Positions 44,759-54,447 of a stretch of DNA of 64,000 nucleotides are shown one piece after another. A model generated the notes under the pieces. That model ran no database searches and was not told where the DNA came from. It saw only the letters and a list, made by a program, of their open reading frames with translations. The position numbers and the translations under genes were made by a program. Source of the stretch: Minisyncoccota bacterium. GTDB taxonomy: Bacteria; Patescibacteriota; Minisyncoccia; Phycocordibacterales; JABAAK01. The stretch's first letter is position 1, and each line of letters starts with the position of its first letter. The stretch is from NCBI GenBank assembly GCA_965204115.1, contig OZ241963.1:468622-532621 (forward strand). The letters are read 5' to 3'.

Positions 44759-45751
44759 ATGAAGAAAATAGGAAGCACAAAACAAAAGATGTTGGATCTC
44801 TTGCGTGATCAATGTCTTTCTCCACTTGATTTACAACAGGCACTTGGTATCAGTGCTTCTGTGGTGCATGGACATCTGCGGTTCTTGTTGCGCGAAGGTT
44901 TTGTTGAGAAAGTTGGAAGTGCGCCGCGAGTTTGTTATATAGTGCGTAAAGAAAGTGCGGCTGATGCTGTTAATGAGCATTTTGTGTTTCAGGATTCATT
45001 GGGGAAATTGCATCATGGTATGGATGGGTTTCGTCTGTGGTCTCAGCAAGGTTTGAAGAAGATGTCTTTTGAAGAGAAGATCGCTTTGTATGCTGACCGG
45101 ATTTCAGTGATGCAGTCGAACAGAAAGGGTTTTTTCTTTGATTTGACTGGCAAGTTACAGAAAGTCAAAGATGTCGGGGAAGATGTATACCTCAAAGAGT
45201 TGGCATCTCTTTCCCTGCGTACCTTGCAGGACTTTGGTAGAACCAAAATGGGGGTGTATATGGATGTTGTAAAGGGTATTGGCACTAGTACTGCAGCAGT
45301 TATGGATATTATGGATATGATTTTGGATTTTTCTGTTCCGCTTATTATTGCATACGCTAAAAAACATCAAGTAAATGCTGTTGGCTTTATCTCTCCCACA
45401 CGCAAACGACAGAATCAAATTATGACTTTTTTGGAAAAACGGTTTCGTAAAGGACCACTTCGTGTAGCTGCTGTGGATATAAAAAAAATTCGTGGTCCTA
45501 TTTTTCGTGAGCAGAAAACTATTCGTGATTTGCGGGATAGGATTCATAATGCAAATCGTACTTTTCAGATCTCTCCGTATTCACATGTTCATAACTATAA
45601 AAGGATATTACTCGTTGATGACTTTGTTGGGTCTGGCACAACGCTCAATCAGGTTGCGAAGATGTTACGACAGTCGGGTTTTGCCGGAGAGGTTTTTGGG
45701 CTTGGCGTTGTCGGTGAAGAGCGCGGCTATAGCATTGAGAAAGTTTCTTGA
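44759..45751 (+). CDS. Winged-HTH + type I phosphoribosyltransferase (ComF-like) protein
   Basis: LQQALGISASVVHGHLRFLLREGFV; PRPP loop ILLVDDFVGSGTTL. Confidence 0.85.
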   Translation: MKKIGSTKQKMLDLLRDQCLSPLDLQQALGISASVVHGHLRFLLREGFVEKVGSAPRVCYIVRKESAADAVNEHFVFQDSLGKLHHGMDGFRLWSQQGLKKMSFEEKIALYADRISVMQSNRKGFFFDLTGKLQKVKDVGEDVYLKELASLSLRTLQDFGRTKMGVYMDVVKGIGTSTAAVMDIMDMILDFSVPLIIAYAKKHQVNAVGFISPTRKRQNQIMTFLEKRFRKGPLRVAAVDIKKIRGPIFREQKTIRDLRDRIHNANRTFQISPYSHVHNYKRILLVDDFVGSGTTLNQVAKMLRQSGFAGEVFGLGVVGEERGYSIEKVS

Positions 45752-45824
45752 TTTTTCTCATTGGCAAAAAAGGGTGTGTTTGGGGTGTTTGTGTCTGTAG
45801 AAAAGGTGGTACAATAAGGACAGT

Positions 45825-46871
45825 ATGAAGCATAAGGGCGTTACTGTACAAATCACTTCCGGTACCATTGTGCTGGTGCTGTTCTATCTGCTGGTCGCGT
45901 GGTTTTTGTATGAAATACGGGATGTCCTACTGATTGTTATCTCGGCGATTATTTTTTCTATGGCGTTGGCACCCGGGAAGCGGTTTTTTGCGCGGTTTAA
46001 GGTGCCGGAGCCGATTGCAGTGGTGCTGTTGTATGCAATTGTCTTTTTGGTGTTCTCCTACTTTTTATATTCACTGTTGCCGGTTGTGCTGCAGCAGTAT
46101 CAGGTGTTTGTGGAGACCCTGCCGAGCACTATTGATTTAATTAAAAACGCGACTGAGGGAACTATTTTTGACGGCGTTATTGCCACGCAGTCTATTCAGG
46201 CGTTGGTGAGTTCGCCGCAGCAGATAACTGAGACCGTTCAGCGACTGTTGCAGGTCGGCGGTGTCGGCATTTTTTCTCTGTTCGGTGGCTTAGTGAATCT
46301 CACGCTCTTTTTTCTCCTCACCTTTTTGTTCGCGGTTAATCCGAAGTCGTTGGACACCTTTCTCTTTGTTATGACGCCGCCGAAATATCGGGAGTATGTG
46401 AAGGACTTGTGGGGCAGGGTGCAGGTGAAGATAGGGCACTGGTTTCAGGGGCAGGCGCTGTTGATGGTCATCATTGGGGTGCTTACCTACCTTGCGCTGG
46501 TTATTCTCGGTGTGCCGAACGCGCTCTTTTTGTCGGTGTTCGCGGGGCTGATGGAGATTATCCCTATCTTCGGTCCCATATTCGGTGCCGTGCCGGCGGT
46601 GCTGATGGCGTGGACCTCCGGCAGTTTGACCACGGTGTTTTTTGTGGTGGCGCTGTTCATTATCATTCAGCAGCTTGAGAACAATCTGATTTATCCGCTG
46701 GTGGTGAGTAAGGTGGTCGGCATCTCTTCTATTCTTATCATTCTTGCTGCGGTGGTTGGCGGGGCAATTGCCGGATTTGTCGGTGTGGTGATAGCGGTGC
46801 CGTTGGCAGGTGTTTTGCAGGAGTTTTTTGCTGATGTGCGGGATGGGAAGCTGGAGAAGCTGCGTGGATAG
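45825..46871 (+). CDS. AI-2E family transporter
   Basis: Multi-TM; WFQGQ, EIIPIFGP, IQQLENNLIYP. Confidence 0.92.
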   Translation: MKHKGVTVQITSGTIVLVLFYLLVAWFLYEIRDVLLIVISAIIFSMALAPGKRFFARFKVPEPIAVVLLYAIVFLVFSYFLYSLLPVVLQQYQVFVETLPSTIDLIKNATEGTIFDGVIATQSIQALVSSPQQITETVQRLLQVGGVGIFSLFGGLVNLTLFFLLTFLFAVNPKSLDTFLFVMTPPKYREYVKDLWGRVQVKIGHWFQGQALLMVIIGVLTYLALVILGVPNALFLSVFAGLMEIIPIFGPIFGAVPAVLMAWTSGSLTTVFFVVALFIIIQQLENNLIYPLVVSKVVGISSILIILAAVVGGAIAGFVGVVIAVPLAGVLQEFFADVRDGKLEKLRG

Positions 46872-46915
46872 GGGATAGGGTTGTGGTTTTCGTTTGCCCT
46901 GCTATACTGTTTACT

Positions 46916-47392
46916 ATGGCAAACAAAAATGAAGAAAAAGTATATGAGGTGAGTTTTCATCTTGTCCCGACCATTGATCCGGACAAGGTGTCGGCGGTGT
47001 TTGATCGGGTGAAGGGAGTTATCGCGGAGAAAGGGGAGGTGTTGAGTGAGGAGCAGCCGGAGAAGCGTGATCTCGCGTACACAGTTCGGCACACTGTGCG
47101 GCAGCGGGATGGTTCTTACAATCGATATGACGAGGCGTATTTCGGCTCAGTGAAGTTTCGGGCTTTGCGGGGCGATGCGGGGCGGATTGAACTGACACTC
47201 ACTCAGGATGAAGAGGTGCTGCGGTTTTTGCTGCTTGAGACCGCGGAGGAGGATACCCGCATCGGGGAAGTGCTGCCGGGTGATGAGCCGGAGGAGCAGC
47301 CGGAGGACGAAGCGGCGAATGAGCAGGAGGCCGGTGAAAGCGGTATTGCTGAGCAGCCGGCGGAGGATGACGGGGGTGGCGAAAAAGCTTAA
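46916..47392 (+). CDS. rpsF: 30S ribosomal protein S6 with acidic tail
   Basis: YEVSFHLVP, RDLAYTV, EEVLRFLL; rpsF-ssb-rpsR order. Confidence 0.9.
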   Translation: MANKNEEKVYEVSFHLVPTIDPDKVSAVFDRVKGVIAEKGEVLSEEQPEKRDLAYTVRHTVRQRDGSYNRYDEAYFGSVKFRALRGDAGRIELTLTQDEEVLRFLLLETAEEDTRIGEVLPGDEPEEQPEDEAANEQEAGESGIAEQPAEDDGGGEKA

Positions 47393-47429
47393 TGAGTGTT
47401 ATACTGGCGGCACATAACCGGATAGGAGT

Positions 47430-47927
47430 ATGAATATCAACAAGGTAATGGTTTATGGCAATCTTACGCGCGACCCTGAGTTGCGTCAGTTGCCGAGCGG
47501 TACGAATATTGCTACTTTAGGCATTGCGACGAATCGGTATTACAACAATCAGCAGGGTGAGCGGCAGGAGGAGGTGGAGTTTCATAATGTGGTGCTGTTC
47601 GGGCGGTTGGCAGACCTTGCGCAGCAGTATCTCACCAGAGGCGGCGGTGTGTTCATTGAAGGGCGGCTGCGGACGAGCAGTTGGGATGATAAGGAGACGG
47701 GGCAGAAGCGGTATCGTACGGAGATTATCGGCGAGCAGATGCAGTTCGGTCCGCGGCGGGACGGTGGTGGTCAGCCGGGAGCGCCGGCTCCGCAGCGGTC
47801 AAGTGCACAGCCGGCGGCCCAAGGTGCAGCACAGGGTGCAGTGCAGAGTGCCGCTCCGGCAGCAGCGCCGGTGAAGACGCCAAACTATCCAGAGTCGACT
47901 ATCAACCCCGATGATATTCCATTTTAA
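47430..47927 (+). CDS. ssb: Single-stranded DNA-binding protein
   Basis: INKVMVYGNLTRDPELR, EGRLRTSSW, DDIPF tail. Confidence 0.97.
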   Translation: MNINKVMVYGNLTRDPELRQLPSGTNIATLGIATNRYYNNQQGERQEEVEFHNVVLFGRLADLAQQYLTRGGGVFIEGRLRTSSWDDKETGQKRYRTEIIGEQMQFGPRRDGGGQPGAPAPQRSSAQPAAQGAAQGAVQSAAPAAAPVKTPNYPESTINPDDIPF

Positions 47928-47944
47928 ATACTAAAAGTAATTAT

Positions 47945-48163
47945 ATGAAAAAGAAAGAAGACAATCAGCAGTGCTATTTTACCAAGCATAACATTTCCCA
48001 TGTTGACTATCGTGATGTACATCTGTTAGAGCGGTTTATTAACCCGCACGGGAAAGTGATGCCCCGTCGGCGAAGCGGACTGTGTGCGAAGTACCAGCGA
48101 AAAGTAAAGAAGGCAATCAAGAATGCTCGCTATATGGCACTGATGCCGTATATTAAGAAGTAA
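47945..48163 (+). CDS. rpsR: 30S ribosomal protein S18
   Basis: VDYRD, GKVMPRRRSG, QRKVKKAIKNARYMALMPY. Confidence 0.96.
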   Translation: MKKKEDNQQCYFTKHNISHVDYRDVHLLERFINPHGKVMPRRRSGLCAKYQRKVKKAIKNARYMALMPYIKK

Positions 48164-48235
48164 CTCTGAGTTCTTCAGTTGGAAATTCACAGGATAGGGT
48201 TGTGCTTTTTTGGTGCTGATGTTAGGATGTAGGTA

Positions 48236-48445
48236 ATGAGTAGTACTGCCACCACAGAAAAAAAAGTTGTTGAGAAGTCCGGTGATGAGTACACTATTAC
48301 CTATTGCAAGGAGGCCCTTCGACTTTTGGAGGACTTGACCAAGTCGTATAATCTTTCACGAAAGGAAACTCTCGGGTTTGCGTTATCTGTTTTGAGGCGG
48401 TTGAAGGAGGATGGGAGTGTTAGCTTAAGGCAGGAGCGGTTATGA
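48236..48445 (+). CDS. Small hypothetical protein, possibly ribbon-helix-helix-like
   Basis: YTITY strand then two helices; ATGA overlap with next ORF. Confidence 0.5.
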   Translation: MSSTATTEKKVVEKSGDEYTITYCKEALRLLEDLTKSYNLSRKETLGFALSVLRRLKEDGSVSLRQERL

Positions 48446-48696
48446 AGGGGCAGAATAAAAATCAGGAGCGGTTGGAATATCCGTTGGCTGACATAGAGAA
48501 TGTTCTTCTCTCTGAGGGGACTCGTCAGAGGATTATCAAAGTTGTTACAACTTCAACTGAGGTTGAAGAGAAGTTTAAAGAATTGTGTGAGCGGGAGGTT
48601 GAGTATCAGACACTGAAGGCGACTGTGAAAAATTGGCGGTATTGGATACCGATTATTGCCACCGCTGTTCTTGCACTTGTCGGGATAGCAACCTAA
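48442..48696 (+). CDS. Small protein with C-terminal TM helix
   Basis: Coupled ORF ending WIPIIATAVLALVGIAT. Confidence 0.55.
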   Translation: MKGQNKNQERLEYPLADIENVLLSEGTRQRIIKVVTTSTEVEEKFKELCEREVEYQTLKATVKNWRYWIPIIATAVLALVGIAT

Positions 48697-48699
48697 ACA

Positions 48700-49272
48700 T
48701 CACTTCTTCGACACACGCTCCACATATTCGCCGGTGGTGGTGTTGATGCGGATGCGGTCGCCGGTTTCTATGAAGAGGGGAGTGTCGATGATTGCGCCGG
48801 TTTCTACGGTTACCTTTTTGTTTCCGCCCTGGGCGGTGTTGCCGCGGATGGATGGGGGTGCTTCGGTGACAGTGAGGTCAACCTTGATGGGGAGTTGCAG
48901 GGTGATGATGTCGTTGCTTTCCTTGAGGGCGGTGACTTTTGTGCCGGAAGGGATGAGATGTATATTGTCCGTAGGTGTGGCAGGGATGGTTATTCGCTCT
49001 GATGGCTTGTCTTCCGGATGTATGACCACCTCCTCATTGCGGAGGTAGACAAAGATATAGTTTTCCTTGGTGAGGAATACCGCTTCAAACTTGTCTGATG
49101 CATGGAGTGTTTTTGCCGTTACCGCTCCGGTTTGGAGGTTTTTTATACGCACCTGATTCGCACCTTTTTGCCGGCTTTTCTTAGAAAAAGTGGACTCAAC
49201 GGCTTCGTATATCGTGCCGTTCATCTTGAAGTATGTGCCGGGTTGTATGTCTGTGTAGTCAAGAGTTGCCAT
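48700..49272 (-). CDS. efp: Elongation factor P
   Basis: KKSRQKG loop, LPIKVDLTV, PSIRGNTA, ETGA..PLFIETGD.IRINTTTGEYVER. Confidence 0.95.
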   Translation of the reverse strand: MATLDYTDIQPGTYFKMNGTIYEAVESTFSKKSRQKGANQVRIKNLQTGAVTAKTLHASDKFEAVFLTKENYIFVYLRNEEVVIHPEDKPSERITIPATPTDNIHLIPSGTKVTALKESNDIITLQLPIKVDLTVTEAPPSIRGNTAQGGNKKVTVETGAIIDTPLFIETGDRIRINTTTGEYVERVSKK

Positions 49273-49341
49273 AGAAACAGTGTATAGTATTGAAGGAAGT
49301 GTTTCCCTAATTTTTGTCTATCTAAGCAGGAGGTTTTTGTA

Positions 49342-49728
49342 GTGCAACAACAAGATATGATATTGTTTCGCGGTGTTGTGGAGTGGCGCAGGATTAATGA
49401 GTCCCTTGACAGTGATCCGTGTACTCACATAATGCTGCGTGTTTCCGGTGCGGACTGTGATGTCGTTTCGATGCTGAATAATATCACTTTTATTCACCCT
49501 ACCATTCTGATTTCTATCAGCTTGATCGGAGAGGGGAGTGCTGATACTTGTGAGCGGGTTGCTTGTGTGGTTACAAATTTTTTCAGAGAAAGTAAGTATT
49601 ATCGCCACTCTTCTGTTTTTCTTCTGGAAGGTGATCAGTTCAAGCGGGTGATTCCTGAGTGTGCGGAAGGCGAAGAGGAAGATCCAAAGACCTGTATTCC
49701 TTCTCATATTTTCGTTTCGAATAGATGA
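49342..49728 (+). CDS. Hypothetical protein
   Basis: Fills the efp-recA gap; no motif; start uncertain. Confidence 0.35.
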   Translation: MQQQDMILFRGVVEWRRINESLDSDPCTHIMLRVSGADCDVVSMLNNITFIHPTILISISLIGEGSADTCERVACVVTNFFRESKYYRHSSVFLLEGDQFKRVIPECAEGEEEDPKTCIPSHIFVSNR

Positions 49729-49759
49729 TTCTTTTTTATTGCCTGTGAGGTGTTATGCT

Positions 49760-50842
49760 TCACAGGTAATTTTCATCTTTTGTGCTTAATCCATCAAGCA
49801 TTGCACGGACTTTCTTCTCTAGATCCCTGTTTACTTCCTTGTTTTCACGCAGGAAGGTGCGTGCCGCGTCGTACCCCCTGCCGAGTTTGTGGTCGCCGTA
49901 GCTGTATGAGGCGGCCCTCTTTTCCACCAGGTCGTATTTTTCGCCGAGCGCGAGTAGTTCGCCCTCGCGCGTGATGCCCTCGTTGTACATTAGGTCAAAT
50001 TCGGCGGTACGGTACGGTGCCCCCACCTTATTCTTCACCACCTTCACCCGCACGCGGCCGCCCATCACCTCGTCCCCCTTCTTGATTTGCTGAATGCGGC
50101 GGACATCAAGCCGCAGTGAGCTATAAAACTTCAGTGCTTTCCCGCCGGAGGTCGTCTCAGGACTGCCGAACATCACCCCGATCTTCATGCGGATTTGGTT
50201 GATAAAAATAACGACTGCGGACGATCGGGCGGTGATCGCGGTCAACTTTCGGAGCGCTTGTGACATCAATCGTGCCTGTCGTCCGACATGCTGATCGCCC
50301 ATATCGCCCTCTATCTCCGCGCGCGGTGTGAGTGCTGCTACTGAATCAACGACGATGACATCCACCGTATTTGTGCGGACGAGCGAGTCAACGATGTCCA
50401 GTGCCTGTTCTCCGGTGTCCGGCTGGGATACCAGTAAGTCGTCAAGTTGCACGCCGATTTTCTTCGCGTAGCTCGGGTCGAGGGCGTGTTCCGCGTCTAC
50501 AAATGCGCAGATACCGTTCTGTTTCTGTGCTTCGGCGATGTTGTGCAGGGCGAGCGTGGTTTTTCCGGACGATTCCGGTCCGAATATCTCAATAACCCGT
50601 CCCCGCGGCACACCGCCGATGCCGATAGCGGCATCAAGTCCGAGCGAGCCGGTCGGAATTGCCTCTATTTTTTCACCCGGCTGCTCTCCCATGCGCATAA
50701 TGGACTCCTCACCGAATTTTGTTTTAATATCCGCAAGTGCGTTGTGCAGCGAGTCCGTGTTTTTCGCGTTGCCGGCTTTTGTCTTCTTCGCGGCTGTCTT
50801 CTTCGCTTTCTTGGTCGCTGTTGTTTTCTTAGTTTTTGTCAT
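49760..50842 (-). CDS. recA: Recombinase RecA
   Basis: [45 protein letters not shown]. Confidence 0.99.
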   Translation of the reverse strand: MTKTKKTTATKKAKKTAAKKTKAGNAKNTDSLHNALADIKTKFGEESIMRMGEQPGEKIEAIPTGSLGLDAAIGIGGVPRGRVIEIFGPESSGKTTLALHNIAEAQKQNGICAFVDAEHALDPSYAKKIGVQLDDLLVSQPDTGEQALDIVDSLVRTNTVDVIVVDSVAALTPRAEIEGDMGDQHVGRQARLMSQALRKLTAITARSSAVVIFINQIRMKIGVMFGSPETTSGGKALKFYSSLRLDVRRIQQIKKGDEVMGGRVRVKVVKNKVGAPYRTAEFDLMYNEGITREGELLALGEKYDLVEKRAASYSYGDHKLGRGYDAARTFLRENKEVNRDLEKKVRAMLDGLSTKDENYL

Positions 50843-51170
50843 AAGGTTGTATGGAAAGAGGGAGGTGAATAATGCGTTTATGTTTTTGTCGATTGTGCGC
50901 GTATAGCTTCACTATAGTATACCCTGCCGGTAAAACCAAATCCTTCTCAAAGAACCCCTTCTCATCCGGGTATATTCGTTGGTCGTTGATGCTGAGGTAA
51001 ATGCTGTTTTCGGTGAAGCCGCGCAGGGTGAAGGCGTGGGGGAGATGCTGGTGCGGCTCCGGGAAGAGCACCTCCAGTGTCGGACCGAACAAGAACGGCT
51101 GCGCCCGGAAAAAAGCATAGGTGCTGACGATGATGACGAGGGCGATGGCGGTTATAGTGCTTACACGCAT
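50829..51170 (-). CDS. Small membrane-anchored Ig-like protein
   Basis: TM then [27 protein letters not shown]. Confidence 0.65.
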   Translation of the reverse strand: MRVSTITAIALVIIVSTYAFFRAQPFLFGPTLEVLFPEPHQHLPHAFTLRGFTENSIYLSINDQRIYPDEKGFFEKDLVLPAGYTIVKLYAHNRQKHKRIIHLPLSIQPYDKN

Positions 51171-51173
51171 AGG

Positions 51174-53393
51174 CTAGTGGTCGGTACTGTCAAATGAGTC
51201 AACCCCGCCGCCGGTGTCCTCCATGCCTTCCGGATCTTCTTCTACCAGTATCTCGCGGGGCTTGGAGCCGATTTGCGGCCCGACGATGCCGTTTTCCTCC
51301 AGCATGTCAATCAGGCGGGCTGCGCGGGAGTAGCCGATTTTGAGTTTCCTCTGGAGGAGGGAAGTGGACGCCTTCCTTGCCTCGGCGACGATCTGCAATG
51401 CTTCGGGGTAGAGTTCATCCTCCTCATCACCCCCGCCGAAATCAGTGCTTCCGGTGCTCCCCTTACTCTCGTTGATGTCAATAATGTCTTCCGCGACTCC
51501 GTTGTGCTTGAGGAGGTGCTGCACCACCTTCTTCACCTCCTTGTCGGTAACAAACGCTGATTGCGCGCGGGTTGGCTTTTTGCTCTCAGACGAGGAGAAG
51601 AGGAGGTCGCCCGCGCCGATGAGGTTTTCCGCGCCTGTCGCGTCGAGGATGGTGCGGGAATCAATACTTGAGGCCACCTGCAGCGCCACCCGCACCGGAA
51701 TGTTCGCCTTTACGACGCCGGTAATGATGTTGACGGACGGCCGCTGTGTCGAGATGATGAGGTGAATGCCGACCGCGCGGCTCTTCTGAGCGATACGCAC
51801 GATGTTTGCCTCTATCTCCCGCGGAAAGCTTTGCATTAAGTCGGCCAGCTCGTCAATAACGACGACCAGGTGTGGCATGCGCTCTTCTTCGCTCCTAATG
51901 GTTTCGTTGTAGGAGTTGATGTCCCGCGCGCGGCGTGCCTCCAGCACCTCATAGCGGCGTTCCATCTCTGAGGTGATCCACACGAGTGCCTGCAGCGCCT
52001 TTTTCGGATCGGTGATCGGATCGGTGTACAGGTGGGGTATTCCTTTGTAGAGCGTGAGCTCCACCCGCTTCGGGTCGATGAATATAAAGCGGAGGTCATG
52101 CGGGCCGTAGTTGAATAGGAGCGAGAGGATGAAGTTGTGAATGAGGACGCTCTTGCCGGATCCCGTCGTGCCGGCGACCAGAATGTGCGGCATTTTCTCC
52201 AAACTCTTGGCGAATATTGCGCCGTTGATGGTTTTCCCGATGACGAGCCCCAGCGTGTTCTTTACTTTTGCGAATTCTTTTGATTTCAGGAGTGTTTGCA
52301 GCCCGACCACTGCCCGTGCTGAGTTTGGCACCTCAATACCCACGAGCGATTGCCCCGGTATCGGCACCTCAATGCGGATGGGGTGTGCGGCGAGTGCTAA
52401 TTCAAGGTTTTGCTGCAGCCCGGTTATTTTAGAGAGGCGGACCCCTTCCGCAGGGCGGACAGCGTAGCGGGTGAAGGACGGTCCGACCGTCACCTCCTCA
52501 ACCTCCACGCGGATTTTGAAGTTTTGGAGTGTGCGCTGTATGGCAAGTGCCTGTGCTTTCGTGTTGCTCGCTGCCTGCCCCTTGCCTTTTTCTGCGTTCA
52601 GGAGTGCCAATGGGGGAGGGATGTAGGGTGGGATATCCTCATCTGTTTCGTCGTCTACCCGCAACGCGACATCCGTGTCGCGTTGCTCCTCCTCGTCGTA
52701 TTCTTCGTCTTCATCCTCCTCCTCATCATATTCTTCTTCCTCGTCTTCGTCGTAGTCATCGTCATCGTCATCTTTATCATCCTCCTCGTCTTCGTCGTCA
52801 TCATCATCGTCTCCCTCTTCACCTTCCTCATCATCGTCCTCCTCATCATCGTCTTCCATAAAGTCCAGGTCATTGAGCCACTCCCAGATAGCGAGCGGAG
52901 AGAATATCTTGAGGATATACAGTGCACCGAGGAGTATTAGCGGCATCAGCACATACGAGAAAACCCCCAGTACATCCTGCAGGGTGCTGAAGAGTGTTGA
53001 GCCGAGCGTTCCGCCCGCGGTTTCGTCTGCTCCCGCCGCGAAAAGCGCTCCCATACTGACGATAGTGATTGCACTCCCGATAATGATCCGTATATACGAC
53101 AGCGGCTCTTTCGCAATGCAGAGATAGAGCCCGATGGTGGTGAGGAGTATGATGAGGATAACGAAGTTCCAGCCAAGTAGTGCGGGAGTGCCGTCAGCGG
53201 CGATGAGCAGAAGGTCGCGCACCCAAGTACCGAACGAGCCGGCGCTGTTGGCTATAACCAGTATGCAGAACAGTGCCGCAAGGAGGCAGAACACCCCGAT
53301 GCCGATAGCCCGAACCCGCGGTGAAGTATCAGCGTACCACTCCGTAGACCGCTGTAGCAGGGAATCCTCATTCTTTTTTTTCTTTTGTGCCAT
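51174..53393 (-). CDS. ftsK: DNA translocase FtsK/SpoIIIE
   Basis: 4TM region, PHILVAGTTGSGKS, IDELADLM, STQRPSV, gamma domain LLQRKLKIGYSRAARLID. Confidence 0.97.
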   Translation of the reverse strand: MAQKKKKNEDSLLQRSTEWYADTSPRVRAIGIGVFCLLAALFCILVIANSAGSFGTWVRDLLLIAADGTPALLGWNFVILIILLTTIGLYLCIAKEPLSYIRIIIGSAITIVSMGALFAAGADETAGGTLGSTLFSTLQDVLGVFSYVLMPLILLGALYILKIFSPLAIWEWLNDLDFMEDDDEEDDDEEGEEGDDDDDDEDEEDDKDDDDDDYDEDEEEEYDEEEDEDEEYDEEEQRDTDVALRVDDETDEDIPPYIPPPLALLNAEKGKGQAASNTKAQALAIQRTLQNFKIRVEVEEVTVGPSFTRYAVRPAEGVRLSKITGLQQNLELALAAHPIRIEVPIPGQSLVGIEVPNSARAVVGLQTLLKSKEFAKVKNTLGLVIGKTINGAIFAKSLEKMPHILVAGTTGSGKSVLIHNFILSLLFNYGPHDLRFIFIDPKRVELTLYKGIPHLYTDPITDPKKALQALVWITSEMERRYEVLEARRARDINSYNETIRSEEERMPHLVVVIDELADLMQSFPREIEANIVRIAQKSRAVGIHLIISTQRPSVNIITGVVKANIPVRVALQVASSIDSRTILDATGAENLIGAGDLLFSSSESKKPTRAQSAFVTDKEVKKVVQHLLKHNGVAEDIIDINESKGSTGSTDFGGGDEEDELYPEALQIVAEARKASTSLLQRKLKIGYSRAARLIDMLEENGIVGPQIGSKPREILVEEDPEGMEDTGGGVDSFDSTDH

Positions 53394-53590
53394 ATATACG
53401 GTTGGCAGGGTTAAACCCACGCTTACATCATTTAGTATTACATAGTTTTTACCTCCTCTGTTTTCCTCGATTTTCTCGGGCGGTGCAGTATTTGCTCGAA
53501 CGCAGTTTCAGGGTCGTTCTCAGGGGATTGGAGGTGTCGTTCAGTATCATTTTGTGTGGGGCAAGACTGGGTATTGCGTTTTCTGTTCTA

Positions 53591-54193
53591 TTATGATATG
53601 CTATTAGTATCATTATGGAGAGAACCCTTGCGGTGTTTTGTCGCCGCTGGGGGTCTTTCTTTTTTAAACTCCAAGAGATTTCTTTGAGATCCTAAGTAGA
53701 GTATTGGTATGTTCAATTCACGCAGGAGGTAAGAGAGACCGCATTCATTTCTGGTTTTCTTCACCTCGTTGCAGGGAGTGAGTAATATGCGGAATACTCC
53801 CTTGTCCCGATAGTATCTCACCATTCGTGCATAGTCTCCATCAGCAGTCACCACAATAAACTGATCAAACTCATTATCCATGAAGTCCTCATTGACTTTT
53901 TGCACTAAATCAGCATCAACATTTCCTTTTGGCTCCCCGCCGTCGCCGTATGAAACATTTTTAAACACGAGTGAATAGCCGATATCACGCAGGAATTTGT
54001 AGAGTGTGTCTTCATTCTCTTTCACATACCCGAGGAATATGAAACATCTTTTTGCACCGTATTTATCCTGCAGCCATTTAAAAAATCGGGCGTAGTCCAA
54101 ATCCCATCCAAGTGATTTGATTCCTTTATACAAATTGTTCCCGTCTATGTAGACTGAAACCCCCCTTTCCTTCTTTTTCTCACCCTCTTTCAT
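53591..54193 (-). CDS. NYN domain (LabA/DUF88, PIN-like) protein
   Basis: YIDGNNL, KGNVDADL, TADGDY. Confidence 0.9.
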   Translation of the reverse strand: MKEGEKKKERGVSVYIDGNNLYKGIKSLGWDLDYARFFKWLQDKYGAKRCFIFLGYVKENEDTLYKFLRDIGYSLVFKNVSYGDGGEPKGNVDADLVQKVNEDFMDNEFDQFIVVTADGDYARMVRYYRDKGVFRILLTPCNEVKKTRNECGLSYLLRELNIPILYLGSQRNLLEFKKERPPAATKHRKGSLHNDTNSIS

Positions 54194-54290
54194 TTCCCGC
54201 TTATTATACCACTGACCCCCCCACACAACACCACAATGCCGCCTGTTTCGCGTGGCGGAGGGTAGGGGACTGGACAAAACGTTTAATCCA

Positions 54291-54334
54291 TTATCCACAA
54301 CCCCTTTTGACAGAGGGAATAAGTCCTATACAAT
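54291..54334 (+). promoter_or_regulatory. DnaA-box consensus next to sigma70-type promoter of the S-layer-like gene
   Basis: TTATCCACA (54291-54299), TTGACA (54307-54312), 16 nt, TACAAT (54329-54334). Confidence 0.6.
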
Positions 54335-54447
54335 ACAGTCATCGTGCAGTGTTACACAGTGTTATATGCTCGTGTATCGTTTGTACGACACAGAAAATTA
54401 TTAATTTTTTGTTAATTTTGTTAATTTAGTAAAATTCTTAATCGATT

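Noticed and set aside
54291-54447. Replication origin
   Set aside because: Only one DnaA box, no dnaA nearby, and the plus strand stays G/T-rich on both sides
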